Shown here in pieces: positions 11,788 to 23,275 of a DNA stretch of 64,000 bases (the stretch's first letter is position 1; every line of letters starts with the position of its first letter). Both the position numbers and the translations under genes were made by a program. This stretch comes from Phoronis australis (lineage: Eukaryota; Animalia; Phoronida): NCBI GenBank assembly GCA_002633005.1, contig NMRA01000002.1, positions 889,278 to 953,277 on the forward strand, in the 5' to 3' direction. The notes under the pieces were generated by a model that saw nothing but the letters and a program-made list of their open reading frames with translations, searched no databases and was not told the DNA's origin.

Positions 11788-12474
11788 AGCGGCATTCACT
11801 CTGCCAATGCACCACTGACGTCGCTAGCGTCGTTTCTCACCTTCCTCACAGGTTAACGCGACACCTCTCGGCAAGGTAAGGTCGACCGTATGCGAGACGA
11901 TGTGGTTATAGACCGATTAAGACGGTAACAAAGACTAATTAAATCGGGTGGCATTCTCCTTTCATGAGCACGCGCAACAATCGCGTGTTGAGCAAAGGGC
12001 ATTGTACTGACATTTATACGCTATGAAAAATAAGACGTATAATTTCCATAAAAGCGATATCTTAATTCAGTGAAAATTTTCTCTCGTGTTCTCTCACTTG
12101 TAAATCACCGATCTACAATTTAAATGCGGGTATCGTGTCGTCGGAATCCTTTGACTTGAGCATTGTACTCAGTTACTAGTGGTAACCTACTTTAGCAGAC
12201 GATATTTTCCCGGTCGAAGCTTAGCGTGGGAAAATGTGTTTAAGCTATAATAGTTGCTAAACCTTAATTTATAGGTTCACTTATTTCTATTTTGTTTAAA
12301 TTTTCCATTGCTTTTGAGTAAAAGCATTATTTGACAAAAATAGCTCGGATTTTCTTAAAAGGTCACGACCTCCGACCTCGGACCTCTGACATAGAAAGTA
12401 GTTACAAAGCCGAGGCGAGCCGAGAAAGGTAGATCGATTCATTGCAACGTTTCTCGTTCAGTATGTGGTTAAAT

Positions 12475-12582
12475 TAGATTGTTACATGTTTTCAGTCGTA
12501 ACTCCCCGAGGGTGATAGTTCTACAAAAATCCACGAGGGCTCTAGATAACGCGGGATAACGACTTCGCCATGTAATAATCTA
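12475..12582. mobile_element. MITE, same family as 2107-2242
   Basis: TAGATTGTTACATG...CATGTAATAATCTA inverted termini; reverse-complement match to 2107-2180. Confidence 0.65.
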
Positions 12583-13390
12583 TATCTATCAGTCATCATA
12601 TGATCATTGCACTTAAAAAATTCACGAACGCTCAGATGTACAAAATTACTAATACTTACAATGAACCAAAAAGTTTTAACAAGACCCAATATTTTGACCT
12701 TCGGTGTGTTCCGAATATCTCCCAATGGGCCTATTTTTGGAAAGTCCACGTAAATGGGAGGGAATATAATATGGCCAACTTCAAAGTTTATTTGCAATGT
12801 TGGTTGCTGTAGCACACGACCGTTTCGGTCTATGAAACAACAATGTCCGGCACTGGCCGTCCAATGACAATTTGTCATGAGATTTGTTTCCCTCTCTACG
12901 CTCGCTGCTTTGTATCTCTATCAGACACACGAGCTGTTTGCTTGATTTGGCCTTGTGTGCGAAATATCGTGAGAACTATATTTCTTATAAAATCGGAAAA
13001 GATCAACTATCAACCTCATAGTTGATCTGGTAAAAACTCAAAATTACTGAGAAAGAGCTTTTAGTTACTACATGTACATAGCGACAACTATTTAAGGGTT
13101 ACGGACTAGTGGCATCTTCCTAATGATTTGTCGGGCAAAAATTGAAAACTCCCTGCACAGAACAAAGATTACATGCAGCAAAACTTCTCAAGACGTGACT
13201 TTAATATTGACCAATCACGTCGCGTAAAAAATCAAAGGTACTAGAAACGTGTCCCGGTAGGTCAGTTTTCGAGTTTAGTCTGAGCTAATATTTGGTTGTC
13301 AAGGGGTCCGGGTGTCTGCGTTGAAGAAGATTTCACAAGTCAAAATATCCACAAACTTTTAGCCCTGAAGGAAATGCTTTTAAGGATGAT

Positions 13391-13409
13391 GTTTTTCGTT
13401 TCATTTCAG
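13391..13409 (+). promoter_or_regulatory. Splice acceptor of a 5'-UTR intron of the GPCR gene
   Basis: GTTTTTCGTTTCATTTCAG pyrimidine tract plus AG, 19 nt before the ATG in context CAAGATGG. Confidence 0.6.
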
Positions 13410-13428
13410 ATTTATTCGACAGTCCAAG

Positions 13429-14451
13429 ATGGAGGATGTGAACTTGAGTAGGCCTACTTGTGAAACTAATGCAACCATCGAAGCATACACTGAGGCAGCC
13501 GGGCTTGTTGGAATAATTGTGCCAACAATATTTGCGTTTGTTGTGACAATCGGACTCCTTGGAAACCTTTTAGTTATTATTGTTGTAATCTCGAATCAGA
13601 GCATGCGCAACACGACCAATGCACTTATAACAAACCTCGCAGTAGCCGACTTAGCTTTCATCATTATCTGTGTTCCGTTCACTGCATATAGATATACAAC
13701 GCCTGTGTGGCCATTTGGCGAGTTTTGGTGCAAGTTTATGAACTATACTATGTTTACGTCGGCTTGGACTAGTATTTACACGTTAGTTTTGATGTCATTC
13801 GATCGGTTTCTGGCAGTCGTTTACGCTGTGCCTTCACTCAAGTTACGCACGCCGCGAAACGCAGGAATCTGCATTGGCGTCCTTTGGGTGGTAATGCTGT
13901 CAGTCAATGGTCCCGCCGTGTTAGTACATGGCCTCGAGAGCATGCCCTACACGGAGAATGGGGATTGCAAGTTTTTCCATTCCTGTGAGTTCAACGGAAA
14001 CCAGGTCTTCGTAACATGTTTTTTTGTCTTTGGATACCTTTTACCTCTGTGTTTGGTGTGCGCCTTGTATGGCTGTATGCTCAAACGTCTGCTTTTCGCA
14101 AAATCTCCAGGAAGTAGATCCGTTAAGGCTCAACCCAATTCCCAGAATTCGAGGAAGCGTGCCACACGCTTAGTGTTCGTCATCGTGAGCATATTCGCCA
14201 TCTGTTGGTTGCCCATTCACATTGTGCTCATGAGCATGGCGTACAACACCCAGGCCTCGACAAACGGGATAGTCTTTCACATTGCCTCTAATGTCTTAGC
14301 CTTTTCGAATTCGTGCGTAAACCCTATCCTATATGCATTTTTATCCGATAAATTTCGGCAAGGGTTCAATAGGATACTGTGCTGTGGACATTTATCCACC
14401 CATATGCCACTGAGACCACGGACCACTCTTGTTACCCAGAACAACGTGTGA
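13429..14451 (+). CDS. AstA-R: Rhodopsin-class neuropeptide GPCR, allatostatin-A / galanin receptor family, 340 aa, single coding exon
   Basis: Seven hydrophobic segments; GN (TM1), MRNTTN..NLAVAD..CVPFTA (TM2), WPFGxxWCK, YTLVLMSFDRFLAVV (TM3), CWLP (TM6), NSCVNPILYAFLS..FR (TM7/H8); N-glycosylation sequons NLS and NAT; CC palmitoylation candidate. Confidence 0.9.
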   Translation: MEDVNLSRPTCETNATIEAYTEAAGLVGIIVPTIFAFVVTIGLLGNLLVIIVVISNQSMRNTTNALITNLAVADLAFIIICVPFTAYRYTTPVWPFGEFWCKFMNYTMFTSAWTSIYTLVLMSFDRFLAVVYAVPSLKLRTPRNAGICIGVLWVVMLSVNGPAVLVHGLESMPYTENGDCKFFHSCEFNGNQVFVTCFFVFGYLLPLCLVCALYGCMLKRLLFAKSPGSRSVKAQPNSQNSRKRATRLVFVIVSIFAICWLPIHIVLMSMAYNTQASTNGIVFHIASNVLAFSNSCVNPILYAFLSDKFRQGFNRILCCGHLSTHMPLRPRTTLVTQNNV

Positions 14452-14893
14452 AACAGCTGTCGAGATTACTGCATACTTGTCAAAAACGGCGATCCATAAC
14501 TTTGGCAATTAACATGTTCTAAAGTAGCGAGTAGCGACGGTTGCAGACTGGCTCCCCAACATTGCTCTTGTAAACCAGTCTCGAGCATGAGGCAACGAAC
14601 TACGACAGTGTCACCGTAGAGGCTCACAGAGTTACCCTAAAAAGGGAATAGTCAAGAGTAGATAAGCCACAGTTACTGGTGGAACGTGAGCCAATATCAA
14701 CAAATGGCGCAAAAGTGATGTCACTCCAATACAGTGCGCGTAGCTACACGTAGGTTTACTTCGGGACTGCTCCCGTTTTGTTCCTGGTGCATTTTCTCGG
14801 TGACGTGCCCATTGAACAAAGTGATGTGAACTGAAGTGATGTCAGAGATTGCACCCGCCGTGTCACGTTGATCCCGACTACTTCTTATTTCCN

Positions 14894-15437
14894 CATTTTT
14901 ATCCGATAAATTTCGGCAAGGGTTCAATAGGATACTGTGCTGTGGACATTTATCCACCCATATGCCACTGAGACCACGGACCACTCTTGTTACCCAAAAC
15001 AACGTGTGAAACAGCTGTCGAGATTACTGCATACTTGTCAAAAACGGCGATCCATAACTTTGACAATTAACATGTTCTAAAGTAGCGAGTAGCGACGGTT
15101 GCAGACTGCCTCCCCAACACTGCTCTTGTAAACCAGTCTCGAGCATGAGGCAACGAACTACGACACTGTCACCGTAGAGGCTCACAGAGTTACCCTAAAA
15201 AGGGAATAGTCAACAGTAGATAAGCCACAGTTACTGCTGGAACGTGAGCCAATATCAACAAATGGCGCAAAAGTGATGTCACTCCAATACAGTGCGCGTA
15301 GTTACACATAGGTCTACTTCGGGACTGCTCGCTGTGCATTTTCTCGGTGACGTGCCCATTGAACAAAGTGATGTGAACTGAAGTGATGTCAGATTGCACC
15401 CGCCGTGTCACGTTGATCCCGGCTACTTCTTATTTCC
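14894..15437 (+). repeat. Duplicate of GPCR 3' end and UTR (14336-14892) across the single N at 14893
   Basis: CATTTTTATCCGATAAA...CTTCTTATTTCC present twice with SNPs and small indels. Confidence 0.9.
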
Positions 15438-18400
15438 ATTTAACCTTGGTCACTTTGCTCCCGGTTTTTATATGGTATAAACTGGGTACGAGACATCCTA
15501 GCAAGATGTAAGTGTTGCTCGAACTGGCAAAAGCAAACATTGCAAAAGACAAAATTGTACTTCAGATGTTTAATGTTCTTGGCATCAAGCAGCTCTGCCG
15601 TGGGAGGTTGACTGATGCTAGCGGAGTACTCAACGATTGCTGTTGTCATAACGACGACACTCTCAACGACAATACAGTGCCTTACAGCTCCGTGGATGAA
15701 ATTAAAAGCCGAAAAATATGAACTCACGCGGAATATTCGGCTCTGATTCGGCGGGTAGCATTCTTGGACCATTTATCACTTCTTGAATCAAAAGGCTAGT
15801 GCAAAGACACGTAGGTAAAATGGTCGCCCTTAAAAGTTCAGATGTCCTGTATGCATGTTATTTCAACGTTTCACTAATAAGACCATGCGAAACTGCTTTG
15901 TCCTACGAAAAAAGCAAGTTGTGTACATAGACCGCATGGACAAGTTCCGAGTATGTTTTATAAAAAAGGTAAAGGAAAGAGAAAGGTTTACGTATGTACA
16001 TATAAAATGTTTACGTTTTAATGAAAACATCGAAAGACTATCCACCACATGGTGGGATTCCTGCCAGTTCAAGAACATAATATACCACCAGCTGTTGCGG
16101 CTACACCCCTGATTTGGTTAAACTGTTCATTACAGTTGCATATTTGACAGTAGTTAGACATCTGCTGTTGTTTTAGGCTCACAAGTGGCATTGATTTTAA
16201 AGCGAGGCGCCGTTACTTGTTCCACTATCGAATAGTCCAGCGAACCCTCTCGCAACTTTACCCCTGGTGAAAACATGATGTCGGTGTTCCACTGTGGGCA
16301 TTCACTGCCAGCAAATTACATGTATGTGTATCGCACAATTTACCAGTCACGGTATACAAGAGACTCACGGCAGGATGGATTTTCCTTGAGTGACGACTTG
16401 CAGTGGCGGGTTTTGAGGGGAGGGGAAACGGGTGATTACCCCTTAAATTCTCCCAACTACGTGAAATCTATCACAACTGAGAGCCATATAGTCAAGGACG
16501 TCTCAAACTCTGATGGACTGCACGGACATGTTCTAGGTTACAAATCTATTGCAAGGATACCCTGCAAAGTGTACAGGAACAAACACCGATCTGGCTTAGG
16601 CCATCCGTCAGTTTGGTTGTAGTGCCCTCTAATAAAGTAGATCATATTGTGTTTTACAACTATCGTGGTAGTCATGATTTGCATATGGTCCTTTGAAAAG
16701 CATCTGAGACCGTGGTCTAATCGTTGCCAGTACTCAAGGTCGATCTTGAAAGTATTTTTTGACATTTTCCGTTTTACTTTTGTACGAACTCATTTGTCGG
16801 GTACTTATAACTGATACATATGATTTTCGTGTCCCACGTTCGCACTCGATGATTCCTAAATGCGAACTAAAAACTCAAGTAAAAAGACGAGGTTTCGAAT
16901 TCAGGCTCAAACTTCTAGCCTTGTTAATCAGGATTCACCAAGTGCAAACCAGGATTAGAGACTTATACACTTAAAGCATAATGTATTCAAGCCCAGACTA
17001 ATACACACTTATCCCTAATTAGCACGAAACTATGAGAGAAAAATGCCAAAGATAATTTCAAGCTCGAGAATCCGGACCCTGGTCGACATACCACGGGTTA
17101 TATAGCCTGACCTCATCTAAAATATGTTTAGTATTTGTCAAATGTAAAATAATAAAAGTTCAGCTTACTGGAGATTTGCTTATTTGATTTATGAAGGAAT
17201 ATTTTTGTTCTGCGTGTACCCTGCACTCTCACCTGTGTTATATGAGGTAAGTACCGACTTTCGCTCCAAATGGTCATGTTTTTTCTTCTATTGTAATTTT
17301 ACTTACAATTTTCTGTTGGGTGAAGAAAGACACCAAGAAGGGACTCCGACCTCAATGTGCAAAAACAGACGTTCGTATCCTTATAGACCTAAAACTGACC
17401 ATAGACGGATTGAATATAAACATGTTTACCTTAAAGTCGTAATTATCTGAACGATGTCATAGATTCCAGCATATTTTGAACAAAATCACTGAAGATTCAT
17501 CGTTATTTTTATTCTGCTGTCTCCTGAATTCCGCCAAACAGAAAATAGGTCACAAGATGGGATTCCCTGAGTAAAATAGGTCGAGTCGATAGCATGCTTT
17601 TATAATCTTCAAGCGAAACATTTTGATTAAAAAAAACCCAGGTTCATACCTCAGGTACACATTCGTCTTGTCCTAGACAAGCAGTCATCTCCGTTAGGTC
17701 TAGGGCTTTATACAAATCACGGAATTGGCCGTAACTGTTTACCTGAGAGTAGTGTTGGTAAAAAAATAATTACATCGTGTTCCCAGAAGGCTGAACTCAG
17801 TGTAAGAGGTCTTCCCATTAAACAGTTAAACTTGGATATGGTCTCTCAAAAAATGAAAATTGTGCACACTGTGCAACCGCGAATTCAAAGCTATGAAATT
17901 GCTATATCAAGTCAAACTTGAGAATTTATGTGGATAATGCCTACAGTGTACCTGCTATCTGTCCCTATGAAATCCACTTAATGCTGACCATAGTGTCCAA
18001 TGCTATGGTTTCTTACAATATTCAAAAATATTTAGTCGGTATCTTGAACAAATATTTTTGTGTTTAGTTTTCGATTAATCAAGCAACATTGCCAAGTTCA
18101 GCTGCTCGTGTGGCTGCCCAGTTTGATCCATCGTTACACCTATCGACATCACCTTTCGGCTTAAAGGATGTCCAAAAATGACGGGATATTCTTCTCGAGC
18201 AGCATAACGGCTGTCGGAAATTACACTCGCCAGAGCAACACCGTTTCACAATTCTCATCGCACAATTTCTTGAGAAATAGACTAAAATAAGCTTTACCCG
18301 ACAACATGCTGTTTGTCAGGTTAAGTGGCGACTTTGAAACGCAGACGAAGGTGTTCGTGTCAAGAATGGTGCGTTGTGATTGGTCAGTTAAGCCGTCAGT

Positions 18401-21338
18401 CACAATCCTGGCGATAAGTCAATTGGTGTCACCTACAACAACGTGTGCAACATCCTGCAAAGAGGCTGTCATAGTTGCTACGATGATTTTGTGGCATATT
18501 GTATTCAAAAGCGAGTTTTTCAACCAGAAATAACGCTCAAATAATTGGCGTTTCGGAGAATTTTGAATACCATTTTACACCACGGAGACACCCATTAGAA
18601 ATTCTGGTACCCAAATTCAGGCACTGTACCAGGGACCCCTGAAATGCACTTTATAACAGACTTCCCTTAAAAGCATGACCTTACTAAAATGACCTTTACA
18701 TGAATCTTAGCAAAATAAACTGTTGCCTTATGCCTTTATCAGAAACGGATGCAACTACCACCACTGTGACACGATGTTTTATCTACTCATTCGAGGCATA
18801 GATTATAGACAACAGATTCGCAACTCCAACATTTTCTTCCGTACTATCCAAGTGGCGGCGCCACTTTCCTCAATTATCTCACATTTATTTTACTGTCCAA
18901 TACAACGCAAGAAATAATTTCGGCATTGAAACGCTGTTCAAAATCTTAAGATAGTAGAACTGTTGGTATCGTGAGTACTTTTAGCAATGCTACAACCACC
19001 CGACCACACAACAGCCGACCAAGATTAGCAGACGACGTATTTGACGGAAATAACACCAGATAATTGGGCCATGTGTCGCAAGTGAATAATGACGTAACGT
19101 TATGCGAAAGAGCACAGATTTCGTCCATTGAAAGTATACGGAGTTGGCGGTGCATGCACTATATAGTCTATGAACAAGGTAATAATATTTCTCCCCAACT
19201 TTCTCGCACCCAGCAGTAGGGGTTCGACTCAATTTGCTAAATAGCCTTACAACAGCCGTTGTTTTACGACGCTTACTAATTTATGAAAAATTTTGAATTA
19301 TAAATTATTTCTATTCCAAAAAAGATCAATTTGGAATATGTTTATTTTGAATTATGTCTGTTATTTTGTCGTTTAATAATAGCGTGCAACAGCAACTTTG
19401 ACATCGCTGTCATTCTAAATGAGGCGAACACAATTGTGGGAATGACTTAATTCAAACGGCAGCTTTTAGTTTTTTAACAATTGAACAAGAAACTTCTTGC
19501 CTTAGTATGTTCTCGTCAACTTAACTTATTGCACATAACAGACCATGATCTTGAAATTGCGGCGCTTTTGGCAAGCATTCTTATGTGACGATGTTTGAGC
19601 TAAAGTCGCTCAAAAACAAAGTTTGTGACACTTTAGTTTTGTCTTTATTTCACAGAAAACACGATTGGCATCAAAACAAATCATAAAGTTATGAACGACG
19701 TAATCGTTTGTGCAAAAGTCAAAGCGCAAACATTTGAGGGAGTCAAGTAGAAAAAAACACGTTCATTTGTACGCTGACGTGAGAAAATCAGAACTAAACT
19801 GGGATATAGAACTGAAATCGTCTTTAAAACATAAGACTTACACAACACGGCGAAATTAAAACCTTTTCAAAATGATTGCGATTTGAGAAATGTCGCATCA
19901 GAAACACATATAAATTTTCTCATTTTTTACAACAGATGCCTCAGTTTTACCGGCTGTAACGGAAAATTATTATGGCGATTTCCAAATTTGTTGTAGTTTT
20001 TAGTTAGTCAAAGACCAAATTGCAAAAACAATCAGCGATAAATTAAAACAGTGTCGAACCTCCTCAAGTTACAAGGATAAAAGACCTATAGTATGGAAAA
20101 GGTGAAACGTTCCGTTTCCCAATCGTCGCGTGCCAAGTTGCCTGAAACAATCCTGACAGACACTCAAATACATGTATGTTCTCTAAAATTTCAGCATATT
20201 TGTAGACTTTGTTCAATCACAGGTTGTCCTTCTTTCTGTGATTTCATCATCATTGCAACTTCACGTATTTGCTTGATACATATCGATACTAAAATCTACG
20301 CCGAACTCTCAATTTCAATGAAATTAAACAGAAACCTTCATGTAATGCCCCTAATTTAATTACGTATTGATTTTCATCAAAACACGAGCTCAGTTTTCAA
20401 AAATACTAACAGAAATGTAAAAGACGCACTCAGATTAAACATAACGTGATATAAAATAGAGCATTAGGTGAGTAAAAAAGTCTGCAAATGCGCTGAAAAT
20501 TTAGGGCACATAGTTGAGCCCCATTAGGACCGGTTCATGCAACCGGCCACTGTAAACTCATCATGTGCATTGGGTCAAGTAAGCAAGTACAGTTAGCGAC
20601 ACGTATTGCCAATACACGTAAATGTTATCGACAGTTCAGACAGTCACAACCCATTCAACACAACTGTTTTATAATTTACATAAAATAAATACGCTTTCTT
20701 GCTGCAACTCTAATTGCGACACATCGTGTCTAAACTCTCTTAACCTATTTACGCCAATCTCTAGCATAGTAAATGTAGACCTAGAAAATTTAAACACGAT
20801 GTAACTCCACCACTTCAAAGCGATTTTAGGAAGTCGTAATTTTTTAACTTTGAAATCGTGTGTTACATGTAATCCACGCAGTTACGCCCAATTTGTTATA
20901 AGGACCACGTCAAAGTGAACACTTATGTTGCAAAAATAATAGAATCATAAAATATGGATTACTTTTCAGTTAACCAAGACCAAGCAACATTTTCCCTGCC
21001 AACTGTTGGACACACAGTGCAAACATTATGAACCGGCGCGTTGGGCAAAGAAAGGTAATCAGGCAATGAACAAAAATGAAAACGGTGTCAAAAATTAAAT
21101 GGTTGAGTTTTCCACCTGTTTAAAATGACATGTACATTGATTATAACTCTGCTTATTACAGTAAATTTCACGATTCTGTGTTAAAAATACCTCGACAGTA
21201 AATCGACCGCCGCAGTATTTTGGAGCATAACAGACACATTTTGTGCGACAAAAGCTATCAAAACCTTTCAGTTCTAAAGATGACCCACTTATGCATTGAT
21301 TAGCGCCCTTCAAACGCGCGTATCGAGATCCACAAACT

Positions 21339-21938
21339 TTACAATACCGCTTGCAGAAATTGGGAGTCAGAAACTGCAGTTCCTGAAAGCTTCATGTAGC
21401 AACCGATTCTTGCTCCACAAACAAGGCAATACCTCTCAGTCTGGCAGTTGACCAGCATATATGCAGGATTATTTTCGCACTCGGAAGCATTTCTCGAGGA
21501 CCAGGCGTTCCTGCTTGCGTGTTTATCCGCGCAACCGCCGGAACCAGTAGACGCGTCGCAATTGTACATGGCCGCAATCTTGTAAATATCACTTTTAGAA
21601 AACTCCTTTTGTTCTCTAATGGCAGTTACGCTGACACCATTGTTGGAACCAATGCATGATGCTACCATAGTCGCATTGTGTAACGTAAATTAGTGAAGCC
21701 TTGGCAATGTCAAAGACACTTTTTAAATCAGGTTTGATAGTTTGCCAAACTACGGTAATGTAAGAAATGCGATCCGGTCGCGATTGTTCGTGATCAAATC
21801 CTATCCACTACTTGCACACTTTGGTGGCGTTCCACAAATGATTGTTGTGCATTGTTGTCTAGGACACAATGACTCGTTTTAGTGTCAAATTTAACAGTGA
21901 ATGCATCATTTCATGAACGACGCTTCCAAATGAATTAA
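21339..21938 (-). pseudogene. Astacin-ShK pseudogene, 3' part (alternate copy of 22376-22900)
   Basis: INSFGSVVHEMMH / insertion / IGFDHEQSRPDR...GSIMH / deletion / ..DIYKIAAMYNC..CADKHAS..W...EC.NNPAYMLVNC; block 21184-21938 repeats at 22146-22900. Confidence 0.85.
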
Positions 21939-22144
21939 AGGAGCATGCCACCCAAAAAACAACCTAATTTGTATCAATTTAGGTCGAGTAGTTCTACTCC
22001 ATAACGACACGTACTGTACGGTTGCGTTACCTGACACCTGACGGCAGACGGAGGTGTTGAAATTATCCAATGACGTCATCGGTTTCACACGCAGTCTGTT
22101 CAGCAGTTCACAACACGGGTTACTGGTGTCAGCTTATCGCTTGA
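21939..22144 (+). mobile_element. Left end of a Kolobok-like family B element inserted in the pseudogene
   Basis: TTAA 21935-21938 plus AGGAGCATGCCACCC; matches 10010 onward; the other copy has an empty TTAA at 22897-22900. Confidence 0.85.
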
Positions 22145-22375
22145 NAAATACCTCGACAGTAAATCGACCGCCGCAGTATTTTGGAGCATCACAGACATAT
22201 TTTGTGCGACAAAAGCTATCAAAACCTTTCAGTTCTAAAGATGACCCACTTATGCATTGATTACCGCCCTTCAAACGCGCGTATCGAATTACCACAAACT
22301 TTACAATACCGCTTGCAGAAATTGGGAGTCAGAAACTGCAGTTCCTGAAAGCTTCATGTAGCAACCGATTCTTGC

Positions 22376-23275
22376 TCAACAAACAAGGCAATACCTCTCA
22401 GTCTGGCTGTTGACCAGCATATATGCAGGATTATTTTCGCACTCGGAAGCATTTTTCGAGGACCAGGCGTTCCTGCTTGCGTGTTTATCCGCGCGACCGC
22501 CGGAACCAGTAGACGCGTCGCATTTGTACATGGCCGCAATCTTGTAAAGATCACTTTTAGAAAGCCTCTTTTGTTCTCTAAAGGCAGTTACGCTGACACC
22601 ATTTTTGGAACCAATGCATGATGCTACCATAGTCGCATTGTTTACCGTAAATAAGCAAAGCCTTGGCAATATCAAAAACACTTTTTAAACCAGGTTTGAT
22701 AGTTTGCCAAACTACGGTAATGTAAGAAGTGCGATCCGGTCGCGATTGTTCGTGGTCGAATCCTATCCACTACTTGCATACTTTGGTGGCGTTGCAAAAA
22801 CGATTGTTGTGCATTGTTGTCTAGGACACAATGACTCATTTTAGTGTCAAATTTAACAGTGAATGCATCATTTCATGAACGACGCTTCCAAATGAATTAA
22901 TGCACCATTTAGTGAGGTATGTTGTCTGGGACCCTCCGATTTTATCATTAAAACATGATCCCTTTGGTTGCTGTGCGGGCACCTATCTGACACACGTGCG
23001 TTGATGGCAGTGGTCTAAAGCTCTCTGGAGCACCGCGCGTGCAGTTGAACCCATGTTTCCAACAAGGACATACGGAATAACCCCATTGGACCAGCGTTTC
23101 CCTTGATATTGGACACCGTTACACTTCTTTGGCAAAAGCTTGTCACTTGCGTATTCATCTGCGTTTCCACCTCATGCAATAAATTCTTCAGGAGATATTC
23201 CCTGAACACCGTGAGTTTTTGAAGAGACATAGACCAAAACGAATGAGTTTAGAAATGAAAAAGAGACGACCACAT
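22376..23275 (-). pseudogene. Full-length astacin-ShK pseudogene (one ShK domain)
   Basis: MWSSLF (frameshift)..ISPEEFIA*GGNADEYASDKLLPKKCNG..RWSNGVIPYV..RTCVR*..WCINSFGSVVHEMMH[94-bp insert]IGFDHEQSRPDR..GSIMH[deletion]PKNGVSV..; stops, frameshifts and lost ShK cysteines. Confidence 0.9.
22768..22861. mobile_element. 94-bp insertion with CACTA...CAGTG ends (possible EnSpm/CACTA-type remnant); also 21806-21899
   Basis: Absent from the three intact paralogs; splits the HEMMH-x-IGF codons. Confidence 0.5.

Larger units (their letters stand above)
10010..11960. mobile_element. Kolobok-like family B, internally deleted element with both termini
   Basis: TTAA 10006-10009; TIR AGGAGCATGCCACCC vs GGGTGGCATTCTCCT (11946-11960, 14/15) followed by TTCA (degenerate TTAA); contains a THAP relic, an acidic YQFEPE relic and a 56-bp tandem dimer (10471-10577). 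Confidence 0.8.

Noticed and set aside
14894-15010. Apparent second GPCR gene
   Set aside because: Only the last ~38 codons are repeated, starting exactly at a single-N join.
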